A stretch of DNA of 64,000 bases from an uncultured bacterium (GTDB taxonomy: Bacteria; Hydrothermota; UBA3072; B12-G15): positions 268-64,267 of the forward strand of contig CBFDSV010000010.1 of assembly GCA_965612735.1 (NCBI GenBank), read 5' to 3'. This document shows positions 38,312 to 47,961 of this stretch, in pieces (the first letter of the stretch is position 1; each line of letters starts with the position of its first letter). Under the pieces are notes generated by a model. The model was not told the origin of the DNA, searched no databases, and saw only the letters and a list, made by a program, of their open reading frames with translations. The position numbers and the translations under genes were made by a program.

Positions 38312-38993
38312 TGTACACCTCCCTGAATATCTCCTCTATGCCTTTGCCGTATTCTGCCCTCAATTCATCTGCATCCCTGTGAAGGAAAACCGCTCCTTCT
38401 TTCAGGAAAATCACTGAGTCAAAGAGTTTCTCCACCTCCTTAACAATATGGGTGGAAAAAATCACAGTTTCATTCCCCTCAAGGGATTTTACAATTGCCT
38501 CCTCTATTCTTTCCCTTGAGGCAGGGTCTATACCACTGAGCGGTTCATCAAGGAGAAAAACCTTTGCCTCCCTTGATAGGGCAAGGAAAAGCCTCAGCCT
38601 TGCCCTGAATCCCCTTGAAAGTTCCCCAACCTTTCTGAACCTTTTAATGCCAAGAACAGACTGGAGCATTTCGGCCTTCTTTTTATTCCAGTCGTTAAAA
38701 TAAGATGAATACCAACCTATACATTCCTCAACCCTCATCCAGGAATACAGTGTATCTATTTCAGGAACATAGGCTGTAAATTTTCTGGTCTTCCAGCCTG
38801 GTTTTCTGTAATCAATGGTCACTGTACCTGATGTAGGTCTCAGCATACCCATAAGGAGTTTAAGAAAGGTGCTCTTACCACTTCCATTTGGACCTACAAG
38901 CCCAACAAAACTTCCCTTTTTGATTTCAAGGGTAACATCTGACAATGCCTCAACCCCTGGATAAATTTTTGTGAGTTCAATTGCCTCAATCAT
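38304..38993 (-). CDS. ABC transporter ATP-binding protein
   Basis: Walker A GPNGSGKST, signature LSRGFRARL, Walker B LLDEP. Confidence 0.85.
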   Translation of the reverse strand: MIEAIELTKIYPGVEALSDVTLEIKKGSFVGLVGPNGSGKSTFLKLLMGMLRPTSGTVTIDYRKPGWKTRKFTAYVPEIDTLYSWMRVEECIGWYSSYFNDWNKKKAEMLQSVLGIKRFRKVGELSRGFRARLRLFLALSREAKVFLLDEPLSGIDPASRERIEEAIVKSLEGNETVIFSTHIVKEVEKLFDSVIFLKEGAVFLHRDADELRAEYGKGIEEIFREVYNE

Positions 38994-39315
38994 AAAGCCC
39001 CTCCAGTATTTCTTTGATTTTCTCCTTCTCAAGCCCCAGTTCTTTCAAAGATAAAAGAAACTCCTCAAATGCCTCTTTCACCAGTTCCTTCTTTAGTTCC
39101 TCAACCTTCTCTTCATTAACAAAAGAACCACTGCCCACCCTTGCCCTGATTATCCCTTCCCTTTCAAGTTCTCTGTATGCCCTGGCAACCGTGTTAGGAT
39201 TCACCTCAAGTTCAAGTGCAAGTTCCCTTACGGTTGGAAGGGAACCCGCATACTCACCCCTTACAATACGGCGCTTCACCAGTTCCATTATCTGTATGTA
39301 TATTGGCCTATCCAT
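38986..39315 (-). CDS. GntR-family (YtrA-like) transcriptional regulator
   Basis: wHTH LPTVRELALELEVNPNTVARAYRELEREGII; short ~110-aa YtrA subtype. First gene of the ABC operon. Confidence 0.8.
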   Translation of the reverse strand: MDRPIYIQIMELVKRRIVRGEYAGSLPTVRELALELEVNPNTVARAYRELEREGIIRARVGSGSFVNEEKVEELKKELVKEAFEEFLLSLKELGLEKEKIKEILEGLYD

Positions 39316-39329
39316 CCTGAAGTTATACA

Positions 39330-39367
39330 TTGTATTAAATAAATAATACAATAATACAATTTGTCAA
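39330..39367 (-). promoter_or_regulatory. Candidate autoregulatory operator overlapping a TTGACA-16-TATTTA promoter of the GntR operon
   Basis: Plus strand reads TTGTATTA-aataaa-TAATACAA-TAATACAA-tt-TGTCAA: an inverted pair of 8-mers plus a third direct copy. It spans the -10 to -35 region, 15 to 50 nt upstream of the GntR ATG. Confidence 0.4.
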
Positions 39368-39477
39368 GAGGGTTTTGATAATTGGATAGGATTTAAAAAT
39401 GCATTATTTTTTTCGGCCATATCTTGGTTGACAGAACCCATGTTTTTTTTATTATCACCAGAAAAAAGGAGGTTATA

Positions 39478-40041
39478 ATGACCCTTTTACTCGTTCACAG
39501 GCCAAAACATCTTTTGCTCTCGCTCCTCTATGATATGGGATTGATTACTCTCGGAGTCCTTCTCCTTGTAGTTTCTGCACGGACAGTGATACCCCTCCCA
39601 TTCACACCTGTTCCTGTAACCGGCCAGACACTTGCTATCTTTCTCATTGCCTCATCCATGGGCAGAACAAGGGGCACCCTTTCTGTTCTTTCCTACATAC
39701 TTGCGGGAATTGCAGGATTACCCGTGTTTGCTGATGGCACATTGGGTATTGCAAGGATTTTTGGCCCCACTGGGGGATATATCATAGGATTCCTCCTTGG
39801 TGCCTATGTTATCGGGTATCTGTCTGAAAAGGGCTGGGACAGACAATTCCTTAAAGCACTTCTAACCTTCCTTATTGGAAACATACTTATCTACATACCA
39901 GGGATTATTCAACTTTCAATCTTTACTGGATGGAACAAGGCCTTCCTCATGGGATTGTATCCGTTCATTCCCGGTGATATAGTGAAAATAATGATTGCAG
40001 GGACATCACTCCCTCTCCTCTGGAAATTAAGAAGGGCATAG
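39478..40041 (+). CDS. bioY: Biotin transporter BioY
   Basis: AAGGAGG RBS. PVTGQTLAIFLI... and the BioY S-component TM pattern. Confidence 0.8.
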   Translation: MTLLLVHRPKHLLLSLLYDMGLITLGVLLLVVSARTVIPLPFTPVPVTGQTLAIFLIASSMGRTRGTLSVLSYILAGIAGLPVFADGTLGIARIFGPTGGYIIGFLLGAYVIGYLSEKGWDRQFLKALLTFLIGNILIYIPGIIQLSIFTGWNKAFLMGLYPFIPGDIVKIMIAGTSLPLLWKLRRA

Positions 40042-40052
40042 GGGGATATACC

Positions 40053-40838
40053 ATGAAAAAATACATTTTAATGCTTTTTCTCTTCATCCTTTCCTGTTCA
40101 AAGGAAGAGCCAAATACCTTTTCAGGTGTTTTTACAGGTGATGAATATCTTATAAAGTCACAGGTCTCGGGCATTGTGGAAAGAGTAAACTTCCATGAAG
40201 GAGCAAAGGTGAAAAAGGGAGACACTCTCCTTGTGATAGACCACAGGGAGGTCACGCTACAGATAAAATCCCTTGAATACACAGTCCGCGACCTGATGCT
40301 TCAGGTTAACAATGCAAAGGAAGACCTTGAAAAGGCAGAGAAACTTTTCAAATCATCAGCAATCACAGAGGACAGTTATAAGAGAACAGAGAGAAGATAC
40401 AAATCCCTCCTGCTTGAATTGAATGCTGCAAAGTATAAATTACTTGCACAGAAGGAAAACCTTAAGAAGTTCTTTGTTACATCCCCTGTTGATGGATATG
40501 TGAACAAAAAGATGGTAAACACTGGTGAAACAGTGCTTCCAGGAATGTCCATTGTTGAACTCGTGAGACCAGAAAAGGTGTATCTGAATATCTATGTTCC
40601 TGAGGACAAACTTCCCACGGTTAAAATGGGCCAGGAAGTGGACATTCACATAGATGCCTATAAAGGCAGAACCTTCAGGGGGAAGGTGGTCTTCATATCA
40701 GAGAAGGCAGAGTTCACTCCCAAAACCATTCAGACAAAGGAAGAGAGGGTCTTCCTTGTGTTCCGTGTGAAGATAAAGGTTGAGAACCCTGAACTTGTGA
40801 TAAAACCCGGGATATATGGTGATGCAGTCCTCAAATGA
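40053..40838 (+). CDS. HlyD-family periplasmic adaptor (membrane fusion) lipoprotein
   Basis: Lipobox LFILSCS, coiled-coil centre, beta-barrel C-terminus; precedes the ABC/ABC-2 genes. Confidence 0.7.
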   Translation: MKKYILMLFLFILSCSKEEPNTFSGVFTGDEYLIKSQVSGIVERVNFHEGAKVKKGDTLLVIDHREVTLQIKSLEYTVRDLMLQVNNAKEDLEKAEKLFKSSAITEDSYKRTERRYKSLLLELNAAKYKLLAQKENLKKFFVTSPVDGYVNKKMVNTGETVLPGMSIVELVRPEKVYLNIYVPEDKLPTVKMGQEVDIHIDAYKGRTFRGKVVFISEKAEFTPKTIQTKEERVFLVFRVKIKVENPELVIKPGIYGDAVLK

Positions 40839-41559
40839 ATTCATAATTGAGACCTTTGACCTCACAAAAAGATTTGGAGACCTTGTTGCTGTTTCCAATC
40901 TGAACCTGAGGATTAAAAAGGGTGAGATATTCGGATTTTTAGGACCAAATGGTGCGGGTAAAACAACAACAATAAGGATGCTCTGTGGCATCCTTCTTCC
41001 AACATCTGGAACAGGAATCGTGGCAGGGTATGATATAGTGAAAGAGCCTGAAAAGATAAAATCAAAGATTGGGTATGTTTCACAGAGGTTCAGCCTTTAT
41101 CAGGATTTAACAGTGTATGAAAATCTTTACTTCTATGCACACCTTTATGGGATTACAGGTGGTGAGGCAAAGAAAAAAATTGAAAAAATGATAGAGATAG
41201 CTGGATTGAAAGGGCGAGAGAAGGCTCTAACCATGCACCTCTCCGGTGGACAGAAGCAGAGGCTCGCCCTTGTCTCAGCATTGATACATGAGCCAGAGAT
41301 TCTCTTTCTTGATGAACCAACAGTTGGTGTTGACCCAATAACCAGGAAGGAATTCTGGGATATTTTGAGGGGTCTTGCAGACAGAGGCTACTCCCTGATA
41401 GTAACAACACATCTGCTGGATGAGGCATACAAGTGTGATTCACTCGGATTCATGCACAGAGGAAAACTCCTTGCACATGGAACCCCTGACCAGTTAACAG
41501 AGAATGGCAAACATACACTTGAAGAGACCTTTGTTAGACTTGTGAAGGGTAATGAATAG
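40816..41559 (+). CDS. ABC transporter ATP-binding protein
   Basis: Walker A GPNGAGKTT, LSGGQKQRL, Walker B LFLDEPTVGVD. Confidence 0.85.
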   Translation: MVMQSSNEFIIETFDLTKRFGDLVAVSNLNLRIKKGEIFGFLGPNGAGKTTTIRMLCGILLPTSGTGIVAGYDIVKEPEKIKSKIGYVSQRFSLYQDLTVYENLYFYAHLYGITGGEAKKKIEKMIEIAGLKGREKALTMHLSGGQKQRLALVSALIHEPEILFLDEPTVGVDPITRKEFWDILRGLADRGYSLIVTTHLLDEAYKCDSLGFMHRGKLLAHGTPDQLTENGKHTLEETFVRLVKGNE

Positions 41560-42598
41560 TTTTCTTTCCATACTGTGGAAGGAGATAATACATATAAAGA
41601 GGGAGAGAAGGATTGCTGTGATTGTGTTCACCTTCCCCCTTATCATGACAATACTCTATGGCTATGCCATATCCTTTGAGCCAAAAAATGTTCCAACAGG
41701 TCTCCTTGACTTTGACAACTCCACAAAATCACGGGAACTTATCCTCAGCCTCTCCTCATCAAAATACTTCATTATCCACAGGGTAAGTTCTACAGATGAG
41801 ATTTACAGAAGGATAATTCAGGGGGAAATAAAGTGCGGTATTGTGATACCCCCGGATTTCTCAAGAAAGGAGAAAATGGCATCCATTCAGGTAATAATTG
41901 ATGGGAGTGACCCGAATCTGGGTAAAGGAATCCTCAAAAACATTCAGTCATTCTTTATTCCATCACAGGTGAACACAAGGTTCCTTTTCAATCAGAGGAT
42001 GGTGAGTTCAAACTTCTATGTTCCAGGAATAATCGTTGTCCTCATCACCATAATAGGGGTGATAATCACCTCCCATTCCATTGTGAAGGAAAAGGAACAG
42101 GGAACATTTGAACTGCTCAGCACAACGCCTGTGAGTTCCACTTCACTTATACTCGGAAAGATTCTACCATATGCCATCATCTCCCTTATCGATGTTTTTC
42201 TCATCACGGGTTTTGCAAGACTGATATTCTCAATCCCTGTTCGGGGTTCCCTGCTCTCACTCTTTCTCAACACCTCCCTTTTCCTTCTTCCAACCCTCTC
42301 CATAGGTGTAACAATCTCTACACTTTCAAAAACTGAACTCACTGCACTCTTTGCCTCCTTCATTATCATAACCCTTCCCTCCATACTCCTATCAGGATTT
42401 GTTTTCCCTGTTGAAAACATGCCAGGATGGCTCCAGATTGTAACACAGTTCCTCCCTGCAACACACTTCCTGAAGATAGTAAGGGGGCTCTTCCTCAAGG
42501 GAATAAACTTTTTCCCTGCAGAAGGGTTTACACTACTGGGACTGGGTTTCCTGTATGCGTCCATTGCCATTGTATCATCAGGAAAGAGGGTAAAATGA
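41552..42598 (+). CDS. ABC-2 family transporter permease (YbhR/YbhS-like)
   Basis: N-terminal TM helix, large periplasmic loop, C-terminal six-TM bundle with the ABC-2 motif. Confidence 0.7.
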   Translation: MNSFLSILWKEIIHIKRERRIAVIVFTFPLIMTILYGYAISFEPKNVPTGLLDFDNSTKSRELILSLSSSKYFIIHRVSSTDEIYRRIIQGEIKCGIVIPPDFSRKEKMASIQVIIDGSDPNLGKGILKNIQSFFIPSQVNTRFLFNQRMVSSNFYVPGIIVVLITIIGVIITSHSIVKEKEQGTFELLSTTPVSSTSLILGKILPYAIISLIDVFLITGFARLIFSIPVRGSLLSLFLNTSLFLLPTLSIGVTISTLSKTELTALFASFIIITLPSILLSGFVFPVENMPGWLQIVTQFLPATHFLKIVRGLFLKGINFFPAEGFTLLGLGFLYASIAIVSSGKRVK

Positions 42599-43653
42599 AC
42601 AGGGTAAGGCTCAAGGGCATGTTGAGAAAAGAGTTCATACAATTGAGGCGGGACAAAAGGCTCTTCCCCATGCTCTTCTTCGCCCCTCTATTTCAACTAT
42701 TTCTATTTGGGTACGCAGTGAGTCTGGACATCAAGGATGTTCCAATGGTGGTTGTTGACAACAGGAATGACAGTTTCTCCCGTGAGGTCATTTTATCACT
42801 AATATCAAGTGGCTATTTCAGGGTTATATGCTCCACACATTCATTACAAGTTATGGACAGGAAGATACTCATGGGAGAGGCAAATGCAGGAATCATAATA
42901 AATGAGGATGGGAAGATAGGTGTTTTCATAGATGGCTCAGACAACAATGCAGCAGGCATCATTCATGGATACTTTGAACAGGTGCTTTCAAGATTCTCAA
43001 ATCATATTCCTGAAGTTTACCCCATCCCCAGATTTCTCTTCAATCCAGAGATGAAGTCTGTGAATTACATGGTGCCAGGGGTTGCGGGTATGGTGATACT
43101 CATCATCGCTTCCGTTCTTGCCGCTGGCATACTTGTTAAGGAAAAGGAGATTGGAACCATGGAGCATCTGCTTGTGACCCCCATATCTCCTGCTGAGATG
43201 GTTCTGGGAAAACTCATCCCCTTTATTTTCATCTCCTACATTGAGATGGGACTTGTGATTCCTGCTGGTATAATCTTCTTCCACATCCCATTCAGAGGAA
43301 ATATCTTATTCCTTATTGTAGCAACATTCCCATTCATCATAACAATCCTGTCCATAGGGCTACTCTCATCAATCATATCCTCAACTCAACAACAGGCTGT
43401 AATGACTGCATTCCTGTTTATGTTTCCCAATATTGTTCTTTCGGGATTCATATTCCCCATTGAAAACATGCCTGATTGGCTCCAGAAAATCACCTATCTT
43501 CTCCCCTTCAGATACTACATGACCATACTCAGGTCTGTTTTCCTTAAGGGAGGGGGATTTCCCCAGTTGTGGAGAGAGATTTTAATACTTTGCATCTTTG
43601 CTCTGTTCTTCTTCACACTTAGCGTGAGAAGGTTCAGGAAGATACTCACCTGA
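42595..43653 (+). CDS. ABC-2 family transporter permease, second copy
   Basis: Paralogous to the preceding gene. ATG 42595 overlaps the upstream stop. The Cys-rich extension from the 42427 track start is rejected. Confidence 0.7.
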   Translation: MNRVRLKGMLRKEFIQLRRDKRLFPMLFFAPLFQLFLFGYAVSLDIKDVPMVVVDNRNDSFSREVILSLISSGYFRVICSTHSLQVMDRKILMGEANAGIIINEDGKIGVFIDGSDNNAAGIIHGYFEQVLSRFSNHIPEVYPIPRFLFNPEMKSVNYMVPGVAGMVILIIASVLAAGILVKEKEIGTMEHLLVTPISPAEMVLGKLIPFIFISYIEMGLVIPAGIIFFHIPFRGNILFLIVATFPFIITILSIGLLSSIISSTQQQAVMTAFLFMFPNIVLSGFIFPIENMPDWLQKITYLLPFRYYMTILRSVFLKGGGFPQLWREILILCIFALFFFTLSVRRFRKILT

Positions 43654-43749
43654 GATTCATTTGAAAAAATATCCATAATATTGAACCCATCAAACATGGT
43701 GAAAAAAACACCTTTCCAGAGTATGGAGATTTTATTCCATCATTTACGG

Positions 43750-44727
43750 TTAATAAGGGGGAAGACTCAGGCTGAGTGCAAACTGCGCCACACTTGACCA
43801 CCCAAGTAAAAAGGCATAAGAAAACCAGTTTGCCATATAATCACCTGAACCGTCCATAAATAACCCTGGAACTATGCCCACTGCTGTCCAGAGTATCCCA
43901 CCAAGCATTGATACAGTCGCCTTTTTCCCAAATTTTGTAATTCCAGAATCATCTGAAGATATCCAGTTATTCAGGATTTTGTCTTCCAGACACCCTATGA
44001 AGATAGCAGATGGCGCATTGATTCCAAGAATAATAAGACCTCCAACCATAAGTCCCGTATCATCATTATTTGGATATGGAAGGGTTGTAAGGAAAACCCC
44101 TGTGTGGGCTACAGCAATTGTTGCATTCATAAGAGGCCTGGGAGGAAGTGTGAACCTTGAGCCACTTTTCAGCATTGCCTCAATTCCACCTGATATTGAG
44201 AAGTTAACCTCAGAGAAATCAATATTCCTATTACTATTTGTAGGATGGTATTTCTGTAATCTTCCATTAACAAACAGGGAAAGATTTAATGGAAGATTTC
44301 CAGGTGGATAAGCATTTAACTTAAAATCCATATAATAACGGGGATAATTCTCTAAAATATAGCAAGTTTTTGTTATCACTCCATTTTCAATGGTGTATTC
44401 TCTGTAAATACCTCCAGGAGAAATTACAGATGGGATATTGTTAATAATACCCAACTTAATGCTCAAAGACGACCATTCAAGAGGCCTGTATTCAAAATAA
44501 AGAGGGAATAATGAAATGAAGGATTTTAATCTGAGGTATGTGCTATCCCCTATGTATCTATCAATACCATGCTTTTCAAAACAAAACACTCCTATTCCCA
44601 ATGCCATACTTCTATTACGGATGCCAATCTCAACAAGTTCAACAAATAGTGTTTTTTCTTCACAATAGAATCGCACTCCCCCAGAAACATATTTTATATC
44701 TAACAACCCTACTATCACCCAGAGCAT
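43750..44727 (-). CDS. Hypothetical membrane-associated protein
   Basis: 325 aa; C-terminal third has three Gly-rich hydrophobic helices. No recognisable motif; monocistronic. Confidence 0.35.
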   Translation of the reverse strand: MLWVIVGLLDIKYVSGGVRFYCEEKTLFVELVEIGIRNRSMALGIGVFCFEKHGIDRYIGDSTYLRLKSFISLFPLYFEYRPLEWSSLSIKLGIINNIPSVISPGGIYREYTIENGVITKTCYILENYPRYYMDFKLNAYPPGNLPLNLSLFVNGRLQKYHPTNSNRNIDFSEVNFSISGGIEAMLKSGSRFTLPPRPLMNATIAVAHTGVFLTTLPYPNNDDTGLMVGGLIILGINAPSAIFIGCLEDKILNNWISSDDSGITKFGKKATVSMLGGILWTAVGIVPGLFMDGSGDYMANWFSYAFLLGWSSVAQFALSLSLPPY

Positions 44728-44816
44728 AATCTATTATTGTTTTTGATTTTTTCTTTGTCAAGAAAGATTATACGCACAACATTAAATGGGGAAATATTTA
44801 ATCATCTTGACATAGT

Positions 44817-45737
44817 ATGATTTGGATATATTCTCCTGTTATGGAGATCAGGGATGAGATATTAAAACTTAAAAAGGAAAAAAATGCGGTAATCCTTGCC
44901 CATAACTATCAGATACCTGAGATTCAGGATATTGCTGATTTTGTGGGGGATTCATTGGACCTGTCAAAGAAGGCAAGGGATACAGATGCAGATGTAATAG
45001 TCTTCTGCGGTGTTAAGTTTATGGCAGAAACAGCAAAGATTCTTTCACCTGAAAAAACAGTTTTACTTCCTGAAAAGGATGCTGGATGCCCCATGGCTGA
45101 TATGGTCACACCTGAGGATGTTATGGATTTAAGAAAAAAATATCCTGATGCAACCTTTGTTGCCTATGTGAACACAAATGCAGATGTCAAGGCACTCATT
45201 GATGTCTGCTGCACATCAGCCAATGCCGTAAAGGTTGTAAACGGGATAAAGGCCCATAGAATTGTTTTCCTTCCTGATAAGAACCTGGGGAAATGGGTGC
45301 AGAGGCATACAGATAAAGAGATAATAATATGGCACGGCTTCTGCCCCACCCATCACAGTTTTATTACACCCGAAGATATTAAAAACCTTAAAAAAGAACA
45401 CCCTGATGCACTGGTGATGGTTCATCCTGAATGCACCCCTGAGGTTATTGACCTCGCTGATGAGGTTGCAAGTACAAATGGAATGGTTCGCATAGCAAGG
45501 GAGAGCAATAAAAAGGAATTCATTGTGGGAACTGAGGAGGGACTTGCATACAGATTAAAAAAGGAGAATCCTGAAAAGGAATTCTATCCTATAAAAAAGG
45601 CAATATGTTCAGACATGAAAAAAATAAACTTACAATCTATCCTCAACAGCCTTAAATACAATCAGTTCGAAATAAAACTCTCTGATGAAATCATTACACG
45701 TTCCCGGAATGCGCTGAACAGGATGCTTGAATTTTAA
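44817..45737 (+). CDS. nadA: Quinolinate synthase A
   Basis: NAVILAHNYQ and VKFMAETAKIL signatures, three conserved Cys for the Fe-S cluster. Confidence 0.85.
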   Translation: MIWIYSPVMEIRDEILKLKKEKNAVILAHNYQIPEIQDIADFVGDSLDLSKKARDTDADVIVFCGVKFMAETAKILSPEKTVLLPEKDAGCPMADMVTPEDVMDLRKKYPDATFVAYVNTNADVKALIDVCCTSANAVKVVNGIKAHRIVFLPDKNLGKWVQRHTDKEIIIWHGFCPTHHSFITPEDIKNLKKEHPDALVMVHPECTPEVIDLADEVASTNGMVRIARESNKKEFIVGTEEGLAYRLKKENPEKEFYPIKKAICSDMKKINLQSILNSLKYNQFEIKLSDEIITRSRNALNRMLEF

Positions 45738-45756
45738 GGCATCAATGAACTTGAAA

Positions 45757-46911
45757 TCATCTTACATACAGGAGTGCACCCTTTAAGTATTCAAGTTCTG
45801 GTGAGTAAACCCTGACGGGATGGTCAAATGGATGTCCTGTTAATTCAAGAAGTATCAATTCCTTCCCAACCTTCTGGCCTGAATGGAATATTGCCCTTTT
45901 GAAATCCTCTGTATGTATATTCCCTGAACATGAGAAGGTAAAAAGAAGACCCTGACCAAGGGAGTGAATGGCATTTGCATTCAGTGATGTAAACTTCTTT
46001 ATCCCCTGTTCTTTATCCTTCCTCTTTAACGCAAGGTTGGGTGGGTCAAGTATTATCATATCCCCGTTCCACCTCTCCCTCATAACATCCTCTGCCTTTG
46101 CCAGCACCTCCCTGTGTTTATGTGAAGGAATTCCATTCAATTTGAAGTTCTCCTTTGCAAGTTCAAGTGCCTCCTTTGATGTATCAACATTAACAACCTC
46201 TCCTCCCCCAAGGCATGCATATACACCAAAACCACCTGTATAGGAATAAAGGTTCAGCACCCTTGATGGTGAAAGTTCCCTGACCTTCTTTCTGTTCTCC
46301 CTCTGGTCTATGTAAAACCCTGTTTTGTGCCCCCTCTTAACATCCACAAGGAATTTGACCCCATTCTCCTGAACCTGTACAAGGTCAGGTGGCTCCTTCC
46401 CTAATATTGTTCCTCTTAAAAGTGGGAGTTTTTCCCGTGAACGAACCTGGACATCGTTTCTCTCATAAATCCCTTCAGGCTTGAAAATCTGATTGAGTGC
46501 ATCAATTATCATGTGCTTCATCTTATCCATACCAAGTGTCTGGAACTGAACCACAAGATAATCCGCATATCTATCAACAATCAATCCAGGTAGAAGGTCT
46601 GAATCAGAATATACAACCCTGTAAACATTGGTGTTTTCAAGGAATCTTTCACGTAAAAGATTGGCGTTTATTATTCTTTTCTTGAAAAATTCCCTGTCTA
46701 TCCTTTCCTTTCTGAAGGAGAGCATCCTTACCCTTATATCAGATGCAGGATTGTAATAACCCCTTCCAAGAAACTTCCCATCAACAGAAACCACATCCAC
46801 TATACCACCAGGGTGAACATCCTTAACTGTTTTGATTGCACCTGAAAATATCCAGAGATGCCTGTTCTTATAAAAGTTCTGTTTTTTAACAATACACAGA
46901 CCCGTATTCAT
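45757..46911 (-). CDS. Class I SAM-dependent 23S rRNA m5C methyltransferase (RlmI-like, PUA + MTase)
   Basis: PUA-like N-terminus, SAM motif VLNLYSYTGGFGVYA, DPP catalytic motif. Confidence 0.8.
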   Translation of the reverse strand: MNTGLCIVKKQNFYKNRHLWIFSGAIKTVKDVHPGGIVDVVSVDGKFLGRGYYNPASDIRVRMLSFRKERIDREFFKKRIINANLLRERFLENTNVYRVVYSDSDLLPGLIVDRYADYLVVQFQTLGMDKMKHMIIDALNQIFKPEGIYERNDVQVRSREKLPLLRGTILGKEPPDLVQVQENGVKFLVDVKRGHKTGFYIDQRENRKKVRELSPSRVLNLYSYTGGFGVYACLGGGEVVNVDTSKEALELAKENFKLNGIPSHKHREVLAKAEDVMRERWNGDMIILDPPNLALKRKDKEQGIKKFTSLNANAIHSLGQGLLFTFSCSGNIHTEDFKRAIFHSGQKVGKELILLELTGHPFDHPVRVYSPELEYLKGALLYVR

Positions 46912-47016
46912 AGGGATAGTTTATCCTCTATATAACCCCTGTCAACATTTCCATTTAATTTGATACTTGATTATTCTTCTGAAATGTATTATTATTAAAA
47001 AAACCAGGAGGTGTCT

Positions 47017-47961
47017 ATGCATAAATGTTTAGTTTTTATAATTGTTTTTGCTGCAACTGGTCTCTTTGCCTCACCAGTGCTTGATGGTGTGATAAGCCCT
47101 TCTGATGGCTGGAATTTTCTTGTTGCAAATCCCGATACCCAGACCTCTTCCTTTGAAGGTGCGGATATTGAATCACTATTTTACTTTGAAACCAGGGACT
47201 CTCTTTATATTGCATTCACCACACAAAACAGGGCTTCATGGGGTGTTGCCTATGGAATTGTCTTTGATACAGACAGGGGAAACTTTTCCGGTTATGTGAG
47301 TGGTGGTGATGCATGGGGAAGAAATATAATCTTTGGTGATGGGATTGACCCCACATTCTGTATTGATTATCAGGTATACATGTGGTGGGATGGTTCAGGT
47401 GGTTCCATAACCGCATGGTATTTTTACAGGTGGAATCAGGACTCATTGAGATTTGAGGACATAGGTTTTCCTATGGAAGACAGGGCTTATACAGGTGACG
47501 CATCAACAGGCCTTCAGTGCATTGAGATGAGATTTCCCCTTGATAAGTTTGGGAATCCTGATTCATTCAGGTTTGTTGCATATATAACGGGTGTAATCAA
47601 TTCTTCTGTTGTGGATATTCTACCCCAGAACCCATCTGTGGAATTCCCTGCAACGGGTGGAGAATGGACAGACCAGGACACCATTGCCACCTTTGTGAGG
47701 ATATATGGCCATGAAGGTATTCCAGAGGCATTCCCGGTTAATGGGAATGTGGTCTTTTATGACAGGGGTTATCTTTTTATTGGTGGAACAGGTGTAGTTG
47801 ATGTAACAATCTCTGATGTTGGTGGAAGGATTGTTCTAAAAAGGAGGCTCAACCTCTCACAATCAAGGACTGTTGTATTTGATAAACCATGCGGCATCTA
47901 CTTCGTCCGTGTTGAAGCAGATGGAGTGGTCAAAACGGGAAAAATAAGCATTATTAAATGA
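47017..47961 (+). CDS. Secreted hypothetical protein with T9SS C-terminal sorting domain
   Basis: AGGAGG RBS then MHKCLVFIIVFAATGLFA signal. C-terminus VVDVTISDVGGRIVLKRRL...GIYFVRVEADG...K. Its stop overlaps the next gene's start. Confidence 0.55.
   Translation: MHKCLVFIIVFAATGLFASPVLDGVISPSDGWNFLVANPDTQTSSFEGADIESLFYFETRDSLYIAFTTQNRASWGVAYGIVFDTDRGNFSGYVSGGDAWGRNIIFGDGIDPTFCIDYQVYMWWDGSGGSITAWYFYRWNQDSLRFEDIGFPMEDRAYTGDASTGLQCIEMRFPLDKFGNPDSFRFVAYITGVINSSVVDILPQNPSVEFPATGGEWTDQDTIATFVRIYGHEGIPEAFPVNGNVVFYDRGYLFIGGTGVVDVTISDVGGRIVLKRRLNLSQSRTVVFDKPCGIYFVRVEADGVVKTGKISIIK

Noticed and set aside
39352-39477. Looked for a BirA-type biotin operator upstream of bioY
   Set aside because: No TGT(A/T)AACC...GGTT(A/T)ACA-like palindrome is present. 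The only palindromic element belongs to the divergent GntR promoter.
42427-42594. Cys-rich 56-aa leader (MAPDCNTVPPCNTLPEDSK...CVHCHCI) in front of the second ABC-2 permease, considered as a metal-binding domain
   Set aside because: The region overlaps the 3' end of the preceding permease in another frame. A proper ATG with ATGA stop/start overlap at 42595 gives a normal ABC-2 N-terminus.
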